IMG/VR virus record: IMGVR_UViG_3300044638_005715
Span: 39,398 to 103,397 of that record
Strand: one strand, 5' to 3'
Length of the DNA: 64,000 nucleotides
Origin: a virus
Lineage: Duplodnaviria > Heunggongvirae > Uroviricota > Caudoviricetes
Shown here: piece after piece, positions 49,586 to 59,873 of the stretch
How positions within the stretch are numbered: position 1 is the stretch's first letter
Layout: each line of letters opens with the position of its first letter
The notes under the pieces: model-generated
The model's input: only the letters and a program-made list of their open reading frames with translations
What the model was told of the DNA's origin: nothing
Database searches by the model: none
Position numbers and translations under genes: made by a program

Positions 49586-50369
49586 AGTAGCAATTATCAT
49601 TTGTAATTATAATTATGAAGATTATGTAGTGGGATCTATTGACTCGGCACTAAGTCAAATATTTTATGAAAATGAAGTTAGACTTAGTGTTTATTTTGTG
49701 GATGATGGATCGTCAGATGGATCATGGGAATTAGTTAAGAAAAATTTCTTATTTAATAATACCATATCTTTAATAACAGAACCTGATCGTAAATATGAGT
49801 GTTTTTCCTCCCTTATAAATAATGATGTGGGCACATATTGTTATAAGATAGAAAATTCGGGAGCTAGTAATGCTAGAAACTTCTTAATTAATAAGGCCAT
49901 AAATAATCATGATTATATATGTATATTAGATTCTGACGATATGATGGATAGATATAAGATTGATACATTATTATCATTAATTAATAAGTATGATGAAATT
50001 GGTGTTGCTTATGCTGATTATATATTAAATAAGCCACTATATACTACATATGAATATAAGGAAGATTATTCATTAGCTGGATTATATATAAGTTGTATTG
50101 TACATAGCGGATCTTTAATTAAATCTAATTATTTAAAAATGGTTCAATTAGACAATGGTGAATTTTATAAAACGTGTTTACATGGGCCAGCTAGTCAGGG
50201 GTTTATTGGTTCCACAGAAGATTATGATTTATGGTTTAGGTTATCTAAAGTATGTATGTTGGCACACTGTCCACAACCATTAACAATAGTAAATGAGCAT
50301 GGTAGAAATCAATCAAGTAAAATGACACCGCAGATATTTGCAGATAATATAAGGAAAATGAATGTATAA
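49578..50369 (+). CDS. glycosyltransferase family 2 (GT-A)
   Basis: IIICNYNYEDYV, DDGSSDGS, DSDD motifs. Confidence 0.6.
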   Translation: MHKVAIIICNYNYEDYVVGSIDSALSQIFYENEVRLSVYFVDDGSSDGSWELVKKNFLFNNTISLITEPDRKYECFSSLINNDVGTYCYKIENSGASNARNFLINKAINNHDYICILDSDDMMDRYKIDTLLSLINKYDEIGVAYADYILNKPLYTTYEYKEDYSLAGLYISCIVHSGSLIKSNYLKMVQLDNGEFYKTCLHGPASQGFIGSTEDYDLWFRLSKVCMLAHCPQPLTIVNEHGRNQSSKMTPQIFADNIRKMNV

Positions 50370-51051
50370 TATCACAGTAGCTATATTAGCGGCCGGTATT
50401 CCAAAAAAAATGAAATCATATGGCCCAACATCACTTATTAAAGTAGATGATGATCGAATATTACTAGATGACCAAATTAATAAAATTAGATATATTTATA
50501 AAAACGCAAATATTGTAATTGTCGCAGGGTATGAATTTCAAAAAATAAAGCGTAAATTAAAATCTCCCAAGGTGGAATTAATAGAAAATCTCCATTTTGA
50601 TTCAACGAATTCGGCACATAGCTTATTATTAGCTACTAAAAATAACCCGGTAGATAATTTATTAATGATACATGGCGATATATTATTTAATGTAGATACA
50701 TTGAAATATATTAGCAATATACATTATTCTGAAAATTCAGCTATACTATATGATCAGAATAATATGATTAAGCCTAATAAGCCCGGTATTTTGAAAAACC
50801 AATATGTATTAGAGCATATAAATTACTTACATAAAAATAAATGGGCACAAATAGCATTCTTTAACAAGGGCGAATATAATAAGTTACTAAAAGTCAACCC
50901 TGGCAATCGCTATAGTTTTGAATTGATTAATGAAATTAATAGTAATGAAAATAGTGTTTTCTATTGCCATAGCCCAAATAATATGAAATTAATAGAAATT
51001 GAATGTACTAAGGATTTAACAAGTGAAAAATTTAAAAGTATTAATAGCTAG
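50362..51051 (+). CDS. sugar-nucleotidyltransferase-like protein (MobA/IspD/GlmU fold)
   Basis: N-terminal VAILAAGIPKKMKSYGP (LAAGxGxR-like). Confidence 0.45.
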   Translation: MYNITVAILAAGIPKKMKSYGPTSLIKVDDDRILLDDQINKIRYIYKNANIVIVAGYEFQKIKRKLKSPKVELIENLHFDSTNSAHSLLLATKNNPVDNLLMIHGDILFNVDTLKYISNIHYSENSAILYDQNNMIKPNKPGILKNQYVLEHINYLHKNKWAQIAFFNKGEYNKLLKVNPGNRYSFELINEINSNENSVFYCHSPNNMKLIEIECTKDLTSEKFKSINS

Positions 51052-52102
51052 TGATGGTATGCACGCTCACTTTTTTGAGCGTCAGGGTTGGTTAAATGCA
51101 TTCAATGCTATTCCAGGTGTACAGGCATTGATGTATGAGTGTAAAAAATATAAGGCATTTGATGTTTTCGACACATTTGAGCCAGACATTTTTATAGGTC
51201 AATTATATAATTTAGATGATGCAACATTTAAATGTATATTAGAAAGGCCAAATCTTAAAGTGGCTTTGCGTGCTGGTGATTGGGGTGATTTTCAAAATAC
51301 ATTTGATCATTCTAAGCATCCAACTATGCTATTTACCACAGATGAAGATATACGAAATATAAAAAGTTTAAAAGAACAAACTGGGCAACCATCATATGTA
51401 TTTTGCCACTATGATCAAGAAGGAATTGAGAAAACACATAATTATTTTCGGGACATATTAAATATAAATATCATGGGCCTTCCAATGGGGGCCGATGTTT
51501 TCTTATATGGTGGTGGTAAACATTTACCAGAATATGAATGTGATATTAGCTTTATTGGGGGGTGGTGGCACAATAAGGCAAAAAATATAGATAAGTGCTT
51601 ACGGCCACTTTGCTATCCTGTCGGGGCTTATAATATTAAGGTTTTTGCATGGCAGCCATGGCCCCATCTTCCACAGTATTGCGGCAATTTAGATAACTCA
51701 TTAGCCAAGCATGTTTTTGCCTCTTCTAAAATATGCCCCAATATTAGTGAACCTCATTCAACTGAATTTGGCATAGATATTAATGAGAGATCATTTAAGA
51801 CATTATGTGCGGGAGGATTTTGCATATATGATAATGTGGAGGCAGCTAAAAGACTATACAGGGATGGTGAGGAAGTTGTATTCTACAATGATGAAAGTGA
51901 ATTCCGAAAAATCATAGATTACTATCTTGTGAATAAAGATGAGGCCCGATTAATTGCGGCGAATGGTCAAAAAAGAGTTTTTAATGATCATACATATTTT
52001 GATAGGGTAAATCAAATATTAGAGGGTTTCGGTATTAATAAGAAGGAAGAGATAAAATCAACTAAATGGAAAGTGATAAATGATCAAATCAATAATATTT
52101 AG
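51023..52102 (+). CDS. hypothetical protein, possible glycosyltransferase
   Basis: Track start is GTG; an alternative ATG lies at 51059. Confidence 0.4.
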   Translation: MKNLKVLIASDGMHAHFFERQGWLNAFNAIPGVQALMYECKKYKAFDVFDTFEPDIFIGQLYNLDDATFKCILERPNLKVALRAGDWGDFQNTFDHSKHPTMLFTTDEDIRNIKSLKEQTGQPSYVFCHYDQEGIEKTHNYFRDILNINIMGLPMGADVFLYGGGKHLPEYECDISFIGGWWHNKAKNIDKCLRPLCYPVGAYNIKVFAWQPWPHLPQYCGNLDNSLAKHVFASSKICPNISEPHSTEFGIDINERSFKTLCAGGFCIYDNVEAAKRLYRDGEEVVFYNDESEFRKIIDYYLVNKDEARLIAANGQKRVFNDHTYFDRVNQILEGFGINKKEEIKSTKWKVINDQINNI

Positions 52103-52922
52103 TAAAAATCGCCCCCTACAATTAGATTTAACTTTAAGTAGTATAAAGGAAAATTTTATTAGTAGGGGATCTGTATCTGTCATATGCTATATTGATGACC
52201 CATATATTGAATCTTACAAAAGGGTCGAATCTGAACATCCAGATATAAAATTTATAAATGAAAAACTTCACTCGGGGCATCTATTAGATATAGTAATTGA
52301 AGAAATTATTAATGGTGAAAAATATGTGTCATTCTTCACTGATGATATAATATTTTATCAGGAATTTAATTATTCATCTAATGACCTAAATGACATATTT
52401 TCTATACAATCCATGGCATGTTTATCGCTTAGGCTTGGTATTAATACGATATTAAGAAATGCTGAACAAAACATTCAAGACAATATTCCAGAAGTATATC
52501 GCCATGAAAATGGTTTATTGATTTGGGACAGATTATCTATACCGCCTGGAGGTTATTGGGCCTATCCATTATCAGTTGATGGTCATATATTTGAAAAGGG
52601 AAAAATATTACCAATTATTAGGGCCATTGATAAAATACAAATACATGTGTATCCATCTCAAAGATCACCCAATAAATTAGAAGAACTTATGCAAATGTTC
52701 TTTTTTCATGTTCCAAATTTAATGTCGTGTCCAGAATATAGCTGTATTGTAAATAGCCCCAATAACAGAGTGCAGAATGTTATATTAAATCAATATGGTA
52801 ATAAATTTAATCATAGCCCAAGTGATTTATTAGACTTGTATATGGGGGGTCATCGAATACAATTATCAGATTTAAATATAAACAATATTAAATGCCCACA
52901 CACAGAGATTAAATTAGTATGA
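52080..52922 (+). CDS. hypothetical protein (glycosyltransferase island 2)
   Basis: 280-aa ORF. Confidence 0.4.
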   Translation: MIKSIIFSKNRPLQLDLTLSSIKENFISRGSVSVICYIDDPYIESYKRVESEHPDIKFINEKLHSGHLLDIVIEEIINGEKYVSFFTDDIIFYQEFNYSSNDLNDIFSIQSMACLSLRLGINTILRNAEQNIQDNIPEVYRHENGLLIWDRLSIPPGGYWAYPLSVDGHIFEKGKILPIIRAIDKIQIHVYPSQRSPNKLEELMQMFFFHVPNLMSCPEYSCIVNSPNNRVQNVILNQYGNKFNHSPSDLLDLYMGGHRIQLSDLNINNIKCPHTEIKLV

Positions 52923-53812
52923 TTTTATTAACACATGTTGGAAATCCGATACCTAATTATGTATTTTACTCTATTATACATTTAAGAAAATATAATCCTA
53001 TAGCTGATATAGTATTTATAACGAATGAAAATATGCAAAATAATAATACTATGAATCTATTAAGGAAATACAATATTATTGTTATTGATGCAAATGATTA
53101 TTCCGACAATATGCTAGTAAAGGATCTAAATAGATTAACATGGATTAAAGATTTGCACCCATTGGGCCCGCCAAGTACATATGGTAGCCAACCTAATTTT
53201 TGGCACCTTACAATGGAACGTATATTCTATATTAATGCATTTTTACAAAAACAAAATATAAATAATGTACTACATATAGAAAATGACAACGTGATGTTTT
53301 ATGATTACAATATGGCATTTAATTATTGCGATCAAGACTCTATATCCTGTGTTCATAGGAAACATTATGGAGAAGATTCAACACTATTTAGTTTTGTAGG
53401 TATAAAAAACAATAAGATTTTACACACCACATGTTTAAAAATGTTGGAATTAGTTGCACTAGGTGAAAAAAAATTACAGTCTAAATATGGGCTATCACAT
53501 ATATCAGAAATGCACTTGTTAAATATAATTAGATCAGAGAACGACACTATAAAATATTTCCCGATGTTGCCGGGTGAATCCGAATATATTTTTGATCCTT
53601 ATGGTTATGGGGCCTATTTGTTGGGTGATAATATGAACCATGGTCCAGGCCACATTGATATCACAGATGATGTTGGAAAATTATTATCATCCGAACAAAT
53701 TAAACTTAGTCTGGTTAACAATATTCCATATCTTTCTCTTTCTTATAATAAGAAATCATACAAGATATTTAATCTCCATGTTCATAGAAAAAATATAGAA
53801 AAATTATTGTAA
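52919..53812 (+). CDS. hypothetical protein (glycosyltransferase island 2)
   Basis: 297-aa ORF. Confidence 0.4.
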   Translation: MILLTHVGNPIPNYVFYSIIHLRKYNPIADIVFITNENMQNNNTMNLLRKYNIIVIDANDYSDNMLVKDLNRLTWIKDLHPLGPPSTYGSQPNFWHLTMERIFYINAFLQKQNINNVLHIENDNVMFYDYNMAFNYCDQDSISCVHRKHYGEDSTLFSFVGIKNNKILHTTCLKMLELVALGEKKLQSKYGLSHISEMHLLNIIRSENDTIKYFPMLPGESEYIFDPYGYGAYLLGDNMNHGPGHIDITDDVGKLLSSEQIKLSLVNNIPYLSLSYNKKSYKIFNLHVHRKNIEKLL

Positions 53813-53833
53813 AATATTGAATTTAAACATATA
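53805..53833 (+). promoter_or_regulatory. possible sigma70-like promoter TTGTAA-N17-TATAAT
   Basis: Upstream of the 53866 gene. Confidence 0.3.
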
Positions 53834-53865
53834 ATATTGTAACAAGTTGATTCAAGGATAATTAA

Positions 53866-54321
53866 ATGAATAACACGCTAGCGGCATTAGTAAATGATTT
53901 GGGGAATTCACAATCGAATTTCTTTATGATTAAAGAATTTAATAGTGGTGTAATCAAATCGCCCTTCTGTTTTTATAATAATATTTATCCTCACATAATA
54001 CAGCCAAATTTTGCTGTAATGAATGTATCATATTTACCGCATTTCAATGGTTCATTATTTTGTACAACTGTTAATTGTGCCGATATAGCATTACGTGCTC
54101 AAAGCAATTACAAAATATATTTATATATGTGGGATATGACATTTATGAAATGTAATGATGATTACACTTACAATATGTCAATATTTAGGAACCCTGAAAT
54201 TTCTATAATTACAAGAAGTGTGAGTCACTATGCAGCAATTGAAAATTTTTGTGGTAAGAAACCAAAAGCCATAATTGATAATTGGGACATAAATAAAATT
54301 AAAGAATTAATCAAGGTGTAA
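53866..54321 (+). CDS. hypothetical protein
   Basis: 151-aa ORF. Confidence 0.4.
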   Translation: MNNTLAALVNDLGNSQSNFFMIKEFNSGVIKSPFCFYNNIYPHIIQPNFAVMNVSYLPHFNGSLFCTTVNCADIALRAQSNYKIYLYMWDMTFMKCNDDYTYNMSIFRNPEISIITRSVSHYAAIENFCGKKPKAIIDNWDINKIKELIKV

Positions 54322-54322
54322 T

Positions 54323-55075
54323 ATGGACACAGAAAAAGTTATTGAAGAATATGCAACCGGTAAAAGCATTAATCAATTATCAAAAGAATTTAATACATAT
54401 CCAGCAAAAATTTTTCGCTTATTGCAAAAGGCTGGATGTGAAATTAGAAATAAATCAGATGCTCAAAAAAATGCCTTAAAATCTGGAATCAGTATTCATC
54501 CTACAGAAGGTAAAAAGAGGCCACCATCTACTAAAAATAAAATTAGTGAAAAGAATGCCAAAGTATGGGAAAATAAAACTGACGAAGAACGTGAAAAATT
54601 TAAACAAAATGCTAAAGCTAATTGGAGCAAAAAGAGTGCTGATGAAAGAATTGCCATGGGAAAAAAGGCGGGTGCAGCATTACGTGAAGCATCTATTCAT
54701 GGATCGAGAGCAGAACATTTTGTAAGGGAAAAATTAGAAGAAAGTGGCTATAAAGTAGATGTTCACCGAACTGATATTGGTGGTAATTATGAGGTTGATT
54801 TATATCTGCCAAAACATCAAGTAGCTATTGAAATCGATGGCCCCCAACATTTTTTACCAGTTTTTGGAGCGGCTAGATTAGAAAAAAATATCAAATATGA
54901 CACAGTTAAAAATGGTATTTTATTGAGTAAAGGGATTAAAATTATCCGAGTGAAATATATTAAGAAACACAGTTCTCAAAAAATATTGAGGGATTTATGG
55001 AATAATATTGATAAAGAATTGCAAAGTATTATAAGTAAAAAAAATACAACTAATTTAATAGAAATAGAGGTTTAG
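54323..55075 (+). CDS. HTH plus PD-(D/E)xK (DUF559-like) endonuclease, putative homing endonuclease
   Basis: N-terminal HTH YATGKSINQLSKEFNTYPAKIFRLL; C-terminal YEVDLYLPKHQVAIEIDGPQHF. Confidence 0.5.
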   Translation: MDTEKVIEEYATGKSINQLSKEFNTYPAKIFRLLQKAGCEIRNKSDAQKNALKSGISIHPTEGKKRPPSTKNKISEKNAKVWENKTDEEREKFKQNAKANWSKKSADERIAMGKKAGAALREASIHGSRAEHFVREKLEESGYKVDVHRTDIGGNYEVDLYLPKHQVAIEIDGPQHFLPVFGAARLEKNIKYDTVKNGILLSKGIKIIRVKYIKKHSSQKILRDLWNNIDKELQSIISKKNTTNLIEIEV

Positions 55076-55077
55076 GA

Positions 55078-55920
55078 ATGGTAAAAAAACAAAACGTAGA
55101 ACAAAACGAACAAGATACTGATATTTTATCTGATTATGATATTGTGCCGATTGATTCAAATAATTCAATAGCTGTCCCAAAAGATCCTAGCGTGCCACAA
55201 TATGGATCAAAAGAATGGCATGATTATGTCATGGGGCATTTTGAACCGAATGAACTAATGGATGGAAATCCAAACTGTGCAGCATTGAGGCGAATTGCTG
55301 AATTATTATTAGGTGAAATTATAGACAGTGGCCCTGTAAGAGAATATGTTGCTAGTGATGCCAATGGTCCAGGTAGGGCAACTGTTGTTTTCGAAGTTGT
55401 GTTTAATTGGTATAATACAGGGCAAGTTAAAAGATTCCGAGAAGTGGCTGATTGTTGGCATGGTAATACAGATGATTTGTTTTGTGCCTTCCCAATATCT
55501 ACGGCCTCAACAAGGGCCGAGGGTAGGGCACTACGGAAAGCATTAAAGGTTAAATGTTTAGCAGCAGAAGAAGTGCCACTCAAAAAGGATGTGGCGAGTA
55601 TAGTTCGTCAAAGTATAAATGTTGAATCAGCACCAACAACTGGTGCAATTACTAAAAGTGAAAATATTAGTCAGTCACAATTAAACTTTTTAGATGTTAA
55701 ATGTAAGCAATTTAATATTAATGTACACCAATTGATTAATCAATTTATGAGTGATCCAAAGAATTTTCCAGATATTAAAAAACGTTCCTATTCGGATATA
55801 ACGGAGGTGCCAAAATTAGTAGCTTGTAAGATTTTAGAATTGTTGAGTCAGATACAGAGAAACGAGTACCAACCACCAGATAATACTAGTGGTTATGATA
55901 AAAATTGGAGAAATAAATAA
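55078..55920 (+). CDS. hypothetical protein (GC-richer codon usage)
   Basis: 280-aa ORF. Confidence 0.45.
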   Translation: MVKKQNVEQNEQDTDILSDYDIVPIDSNNSIAVPKDPSVPQYGSKEWHDYVMGHFEPNELMDGNPNCAALRRIAELLLGEIIDSGPVREYVASDANGPGRATVVFEVVFNWYNTGQVKRFREVADCWHGNTDDLFCAFPISTASTRAEGRALRKALKVKCLAAEEVPLKKDVASIVRQSINVESAPTTGAITKSENISQSQLNFLDVKCKQFNINVHQLINQFMSDPKNFPDIKKRSYSDITEVPKLVACKILELLSQIQRNEYQPPDNTSGYDKNWRNK

Positions 55921-56303
55921 TGAAATTGACATATACGACAGCAGACAAGAATTTAACAGTTGAAATTGAAGGTAATAACGATAAGGAATTATTCCGAAAG
56001 TTATCACACTTCCAGGAAATTTTTGAGGATGTTCCATCTGCAAAGATTGGTGATGATGTATTCTCAGGGGGGGATGTCCGTTACCGAATTCGTCACGTAA
56101 AGTATACTGACGAAAAGGGTAAGGAAAAGGAGGCTGATTACTTCGAGAAGCTAGTAGTCTCAGGAAAGCTCAAGGGATATAAGAAGAGTTATGGTGTCCT
56201 AGATGATGGCACAGATAACTTATTCCCAAAGAGGGATGTAGAAGGTGAAAATATTGTGAAGGGCTTTAACGGCTGGCACAAATATAATAGCCAGGAAAAG
56301 TAA
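55920..56303 (+). CDS. hypothetical Lys/Gly-rich protein (AAG-biased codons)
   Basis: 127-aa ORF ending just before the bidirectional terminator. Confidence 0.45.
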   Translation: MKLTYTTADKNLTVEIEGNNDKELFRKLSHFQEIFEDVPSAKIGDDVFSGGDVRYRIRHVKYTDEKGKEKEADYFEKLVVSGKLKGYKKSYGVLDDGTDNLFPKRDVEGENIVKGFNGWHKYNSQEK

Positions 56304-56324
56304 TTTAGAGTAATCTAAAAAGAA

Positions 56325-56345
56325 AAGGGGGCCTCATGCCCCCTT
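56325..56345. terminator. bidirectional rho-independent terminator between convergent modules
   Basis: AAGGGGGC-ctcat-GCCCCCTT, flanked by AAAAAG on the left and TTATTTTTTTG on the right. Confidence 0.85.
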
Positions 56346-56370
56346 ATTTTTTTGCCTTATAATATTTTAA

Positions 56371-57273
56371 TTATAGATATTCAAGACTAACATGTAGGGC
56401 ATAACTTGTCTTACTACCAACTGTATTAGGGGTGGCACTCATTAAAACACGCCATGTATGTCGTGTATCTATTCCACTTCCCCCAAATGTGCCACTTGTG
56501 CCAGGGGCCCCAATATTAGGTACTGTTAATGGAGATGTGCTATTATAATATTGTCGCCATTTTGGCTGGACAGTGCTATCATAACCCCTATGTAAGAATC
56601 GCTGTCCACTTCCGGGGCTATCCATTAATGGAACTATAATTCCAGTGCCACCAACAGTTTCATCTGCCCCAACAGCAGTTAGTCGAGAATCACCATTGAC
56701 TTTAGCATCGCTAGTACGCCCATTATAGAACTTAACACCTACAGAATTTTCATAATAACCCTGGGAAGTATTGGCGGCTGGCCATGGACTACCCCACCAG
56801 AACGCATCACCAGAGCCATATGAGCTTAGTGTATTAACGGCACCCGGTGCAGACACCCATGAATTATATGCGAGGCCATTAAAATTAATTATTTCAGCAA
56901 CCTTAGTATTAACACCAGAAGCAGGAAAATTAATATTATTTCTATCATAAATTCTTAATTGAGCATTCTGAACCTTTACTGGCTCTGAATGATCAAAATT
57001 AATATCTAGTAATCTTTCAGATCCATTAATTCTAACAAGTGGAATACCGCTTGCTAAATCTTCTGGAATACCTGATGCGGTATGTGTATATTTAGTATTT
57101 TTAGCATTTCCACCATTAATAGACCCATTACTATTAGTAATATATGATCTACTTTGATATTGGCCAACAGCTACAGAAGCACCAAATGTACTACCATAAA
57201 AGCCGACTCCAGACCCATTTAAATTATTTGATTGATATGTGCCAAATGTTATTTCTGCCATTATTATCTCCAA
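56371..57273 (-). CDS. Gly/Ser/Asn-rich fibre-like virion protein
   Basis: Low-complexity G/S/N/T-rich 300-aa protein with RBS GGAGA; last gene of the minus-strand structural block. Confidence 0.5.
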   Translation of the reverse strand: MEIIMAEITFGTYQSNNLNGSGVGFYGSTFGASVAVGQYQSRSYITNSNGSINGGNAKNTKYTHTASGIPEDLASGIPLVRINGSERLLDINFDHSEPVKVQNAQLRIYDRNNINFPASGVNTKVAEIINFNGLAYNSWVSAPGAVNTLSSYGSGDAFWWGSPWPAANTSQGYYENSVGVKFYNGRTSDAKVNGDSRLTAVGADETVGGTGIIVPLMDSPGSGQRFLHRGYDSTVQPKWRQYYNSTSPLTVPNIGAPGTSGTFGGSGIDTRHTWRVLMSATPNTVGSKTSYALHVSLEYL

Positions 57274-57300
57274 GATTAAGTTACATTAATAAATACGCAA

Positions 57301-57657
57301 TTAGGATTCTGTACGATCTTTGCAGAAATTACAATACTGTAATTCTTGCTTTATTTTTTGATTATTAATAATGAATTCTGGCGTGGCCGGTTTTAATTTG
57401 CGTATCATGCAAAGTTCATATATGGTGCATTTATAGACATTGGTATTCCCTTTGCATCCACAATCCACAATAGCCACAGGATCGCCCCTATGTATACATT
57501 CGCAATTTGGAGTGAGTGTTTTAGGAATAAATTCTTCTATTTTTTCATCCTTTTCGTATATTATTCTTGCACATTTACATCGTATGGGCCAAACCTTGGG
57601 TTTATTATATAATTGACCACATTCACATTTAATAGTCATATATGGAATTCCTCTCAA
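57301..57657 (-). CDS. Cys-rich zinc-binding small protein
   Basis: About 14 Cys in CxC/CxxC pairs. Confidence 0.45.
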   Translation of the reverse strand: MRGIPYMTIKCECGQLYNKPKVWPIRCKCARIIYEKDEKIEEFIPKTLTPNCECIHRGDPVAIVDCGCKGNTNVYKCTIYELCMIRKLKPATPEFIINNQKIKQELQYCNFCKDRTES

Positions 57658-59128
57658 TATTAAATGACATATTTATATTAACACCATTACAAGATTTAGA
57701 TGTATTTAATAAATAATTAAAGGTCGGTGGTTTGAAACACTCAAAGTGATATATGTTATCTGTACCACTTGAATAGGCTGGAAATATTGCAGGAGGATCT
57801 ATAAAACCAAGTGGATTAGATAGAAATTTGACTAAAACTGAATTAGATTTGAAATAATCATTCGATAATATGGGATTAAATACACCATTACATATATCAT
57901 CATTCTCCAAATTAATACAATCTATATTAATACTAATTGCTTGTGGCATTCTTAAATTAAGTGTATCTCCAAAATATAATGTATCATATTCTGCCTTATT
58001 TACATATAATGAACAAAATAATGATAATGAGGGGGTGGGAGATACTACACTTAAATATAATGATGCTATACCATTATAATTAAGAGTTGGCTGTGATATT
58101 TGACATCCTAGAGGCTGTAATACATGTGGTTTTGTATATGTTCCAGAAATTGGAATCGTATTTATTAAATAAGAAGGGGAATAATTAAGTGAGCATAAAA
58201 ATGTCTGATTGGGCGAAACGGGTAAAATACCCGGATATGTACCAGTAAATGTACCATTAAACTGAACAGATAATTCATAAAATACATTAATAATATTGCT
58301 GACATTATTTTCAAAGCAAGACTGTCTCCTTAATGTATTAAATGACATAGAAGAAAGACTCGATTCTATCTCAAGTTGAGACGACGCATATCTACTAGAT
58401 AACCCAGATTTACATATTTTAACAGTTCCTCCCTTAGATTTAACAATATTAAATTCATCTTCAGTAAGGCCGCATAATCTATCTTTTATACTGTTATAGG
58501 GCTCAAGAGATATATCTTGAAAACATGTTTCATTACAGCATGTATATTTACATATTTTATTTTGAATTCCTAAATAGGAATCATTAATCCATCTTTCTCC
58601 GGCGTTACTAACATCATCCAATATAGTAATATCAGGATATGTGCTTTTAATAAAATTCTTGGCTATTTGTAGTTCTTGTGCATAAGATTCTATGGTTATT
58701 GATCCAGAATTATCGAGAACGAATAAAAGAAGTTTGGGGCCCTCCGCATATATTTCACTATATGGATCATTTAACATTAATTCAAAAAAAGATATTATTT
58801 GGTCTGATGTTAATCTTGGCTCATTAAAACCAGTTATTGGATATTCTACTGCATTAATTTGATCTCTATCAGTGTCATATGGTAAGTCAGATCCAGCATA
58901 TTTAATCCCCCCAATTGTTCCCCCTGGAATCATGAGGCCCATTCTAATTTTCTGACCGCTGCAATTTTTTACTTCATCAATAAAATTATTCCAAACCAAT
59001 AAATCCTCATCATATAAACTCTGTTCTGGATCTGTATATATAAATTCAGATTCGTCATATATAGATATAATGAAAGATGTAATATAACATTTTCCACATA
59101 AGCAATTACAAATAGGGGGCCTACCCAT
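57629..59128 (-). CDS. vWA (von Willebrand factor A) domain virion-associated protein
   Basis: FVLDNSGSI MIDAS motif (DxSxS); N-terminal Cys cluster. Confidence 0.5.
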   Translation of the reverse strand: MGRPPICNCLCGKCYITSFIISIYDESEFIYTDPEQSLYDEDLLVWNNFIDEVKNCSGQKIRMGLMIPGGTIGGIKYAGSDLPYDTDRDQINAVEYPITGFNEPRLTSDQIISFFELMLNDPYSEIYAEGPKLLLFVLDNSGSITIESYAQELQIAKNFIKSTYPDITILDDVSNAGERWINDSYLGIQNKICKYTCCNETCFQDISLEPYNSIKDRLCGLTEDEFNIVKSKGGTVKICKSGLSSRYASSQLEIESSLSSMSFNTLRRQSCFENNVSNIINVFYELSVQFNGTFTGTYPGILPVSPNQTFLCSLNYSPSYLINTIPISGTYTKPHVLQPLGCQISQPTLNYNGIASLYLSVVSPTPSLSLFCSLYVNKAEYDTLYFGDTLNLRMPQAISINIDCINLENDDICNGVFNPILSNDYFKSNSVLVKFLSNPLGFIDPPAIFPAYSSGTDNIYHFECFKPPTFNYLLNTSKSCNGVNINMSFNIERNSIYDY

Positions 59129-59873
59129 TTATATCACCACATCCTATATAAAATGGACGCCACTCATAATTAATTCTCATGACAGATATATAAATTTCCC
59201 GACCATTTAATACAACTGACAAACTCTTATCCCGATTATAACATTCAATAATTTCGCCCATATCTTGCCAATCTTTTCCCCTACTAACAGATATATTAAA
59301 TGTGGTTGGGGACCTTGCTGATATTGGTGCGGTGATGTCTGAAATTAATAGGCCCTCAACAATATGAAGGCCACCAGACCATACCTTGCGTTCGTCATCC
59401 CATTTTAGATCTACGGGCCCACTTTTATATAGTTTGCGATTTTTTGCAACACCTTTATCAAAACCACCATCACCATCATTAGGAACTGGCTGGTCACAAA
59501 TATCAAAACCATATCCCGACATTAACATTGGGCCACGAAAACCCATTGTTCTAAATTCCTGAATGTCCTTATATTGTTTTTTGATTGGTGATAGATTTTT
59601 AGCATCATCATCATGGCAGACTGTATTATAGTCCATATTAACACCAAGTGAAAAATATGGATTAAGAGTATCAGATGTTGGTCCTATATGTTCACCAGTG
59701 GGCTTTTCTAACCCAGGTTTACTTGTGGGATTTTTTTGTACATATATTGGTGTATATAGTTGATCATTAGAACAATGGAAAGAATTAGAATAATTACCAT
59801 TTATGGTTCTAGTGATTGAATTAATATTAGAATTAGATATATTAAAATTAGTTTCCTCCATTATTTTCCTCAT
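59121..59873 (-). CDS. hypothetical structural protein
   Basis: 250-aa ORF, overlap-coupled. Confidence 0.45.
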   Translation of the reverse strand: MRKIMEETNFNISNSNINSITRTINGNYSNSFHCSNDQLYTPIYVQKNPTSKPGLEKPTGEHIGPTSDTLNPYFSLGVNMDYNTVCHDDDAKNLSPIKKQYKDIQEFRTMGFRGPMLMSGYGFDICDQPVPNDGDGGFDKGVAKNRKLYKSGPVDLKWDDERKVWSGGLHIVEGLLISDITAPISARSPTTFNISVSRGKDWQDMGEIIECYNRDKSLSVVLNGREIYISVMRINYEWRPFYIGCGDING

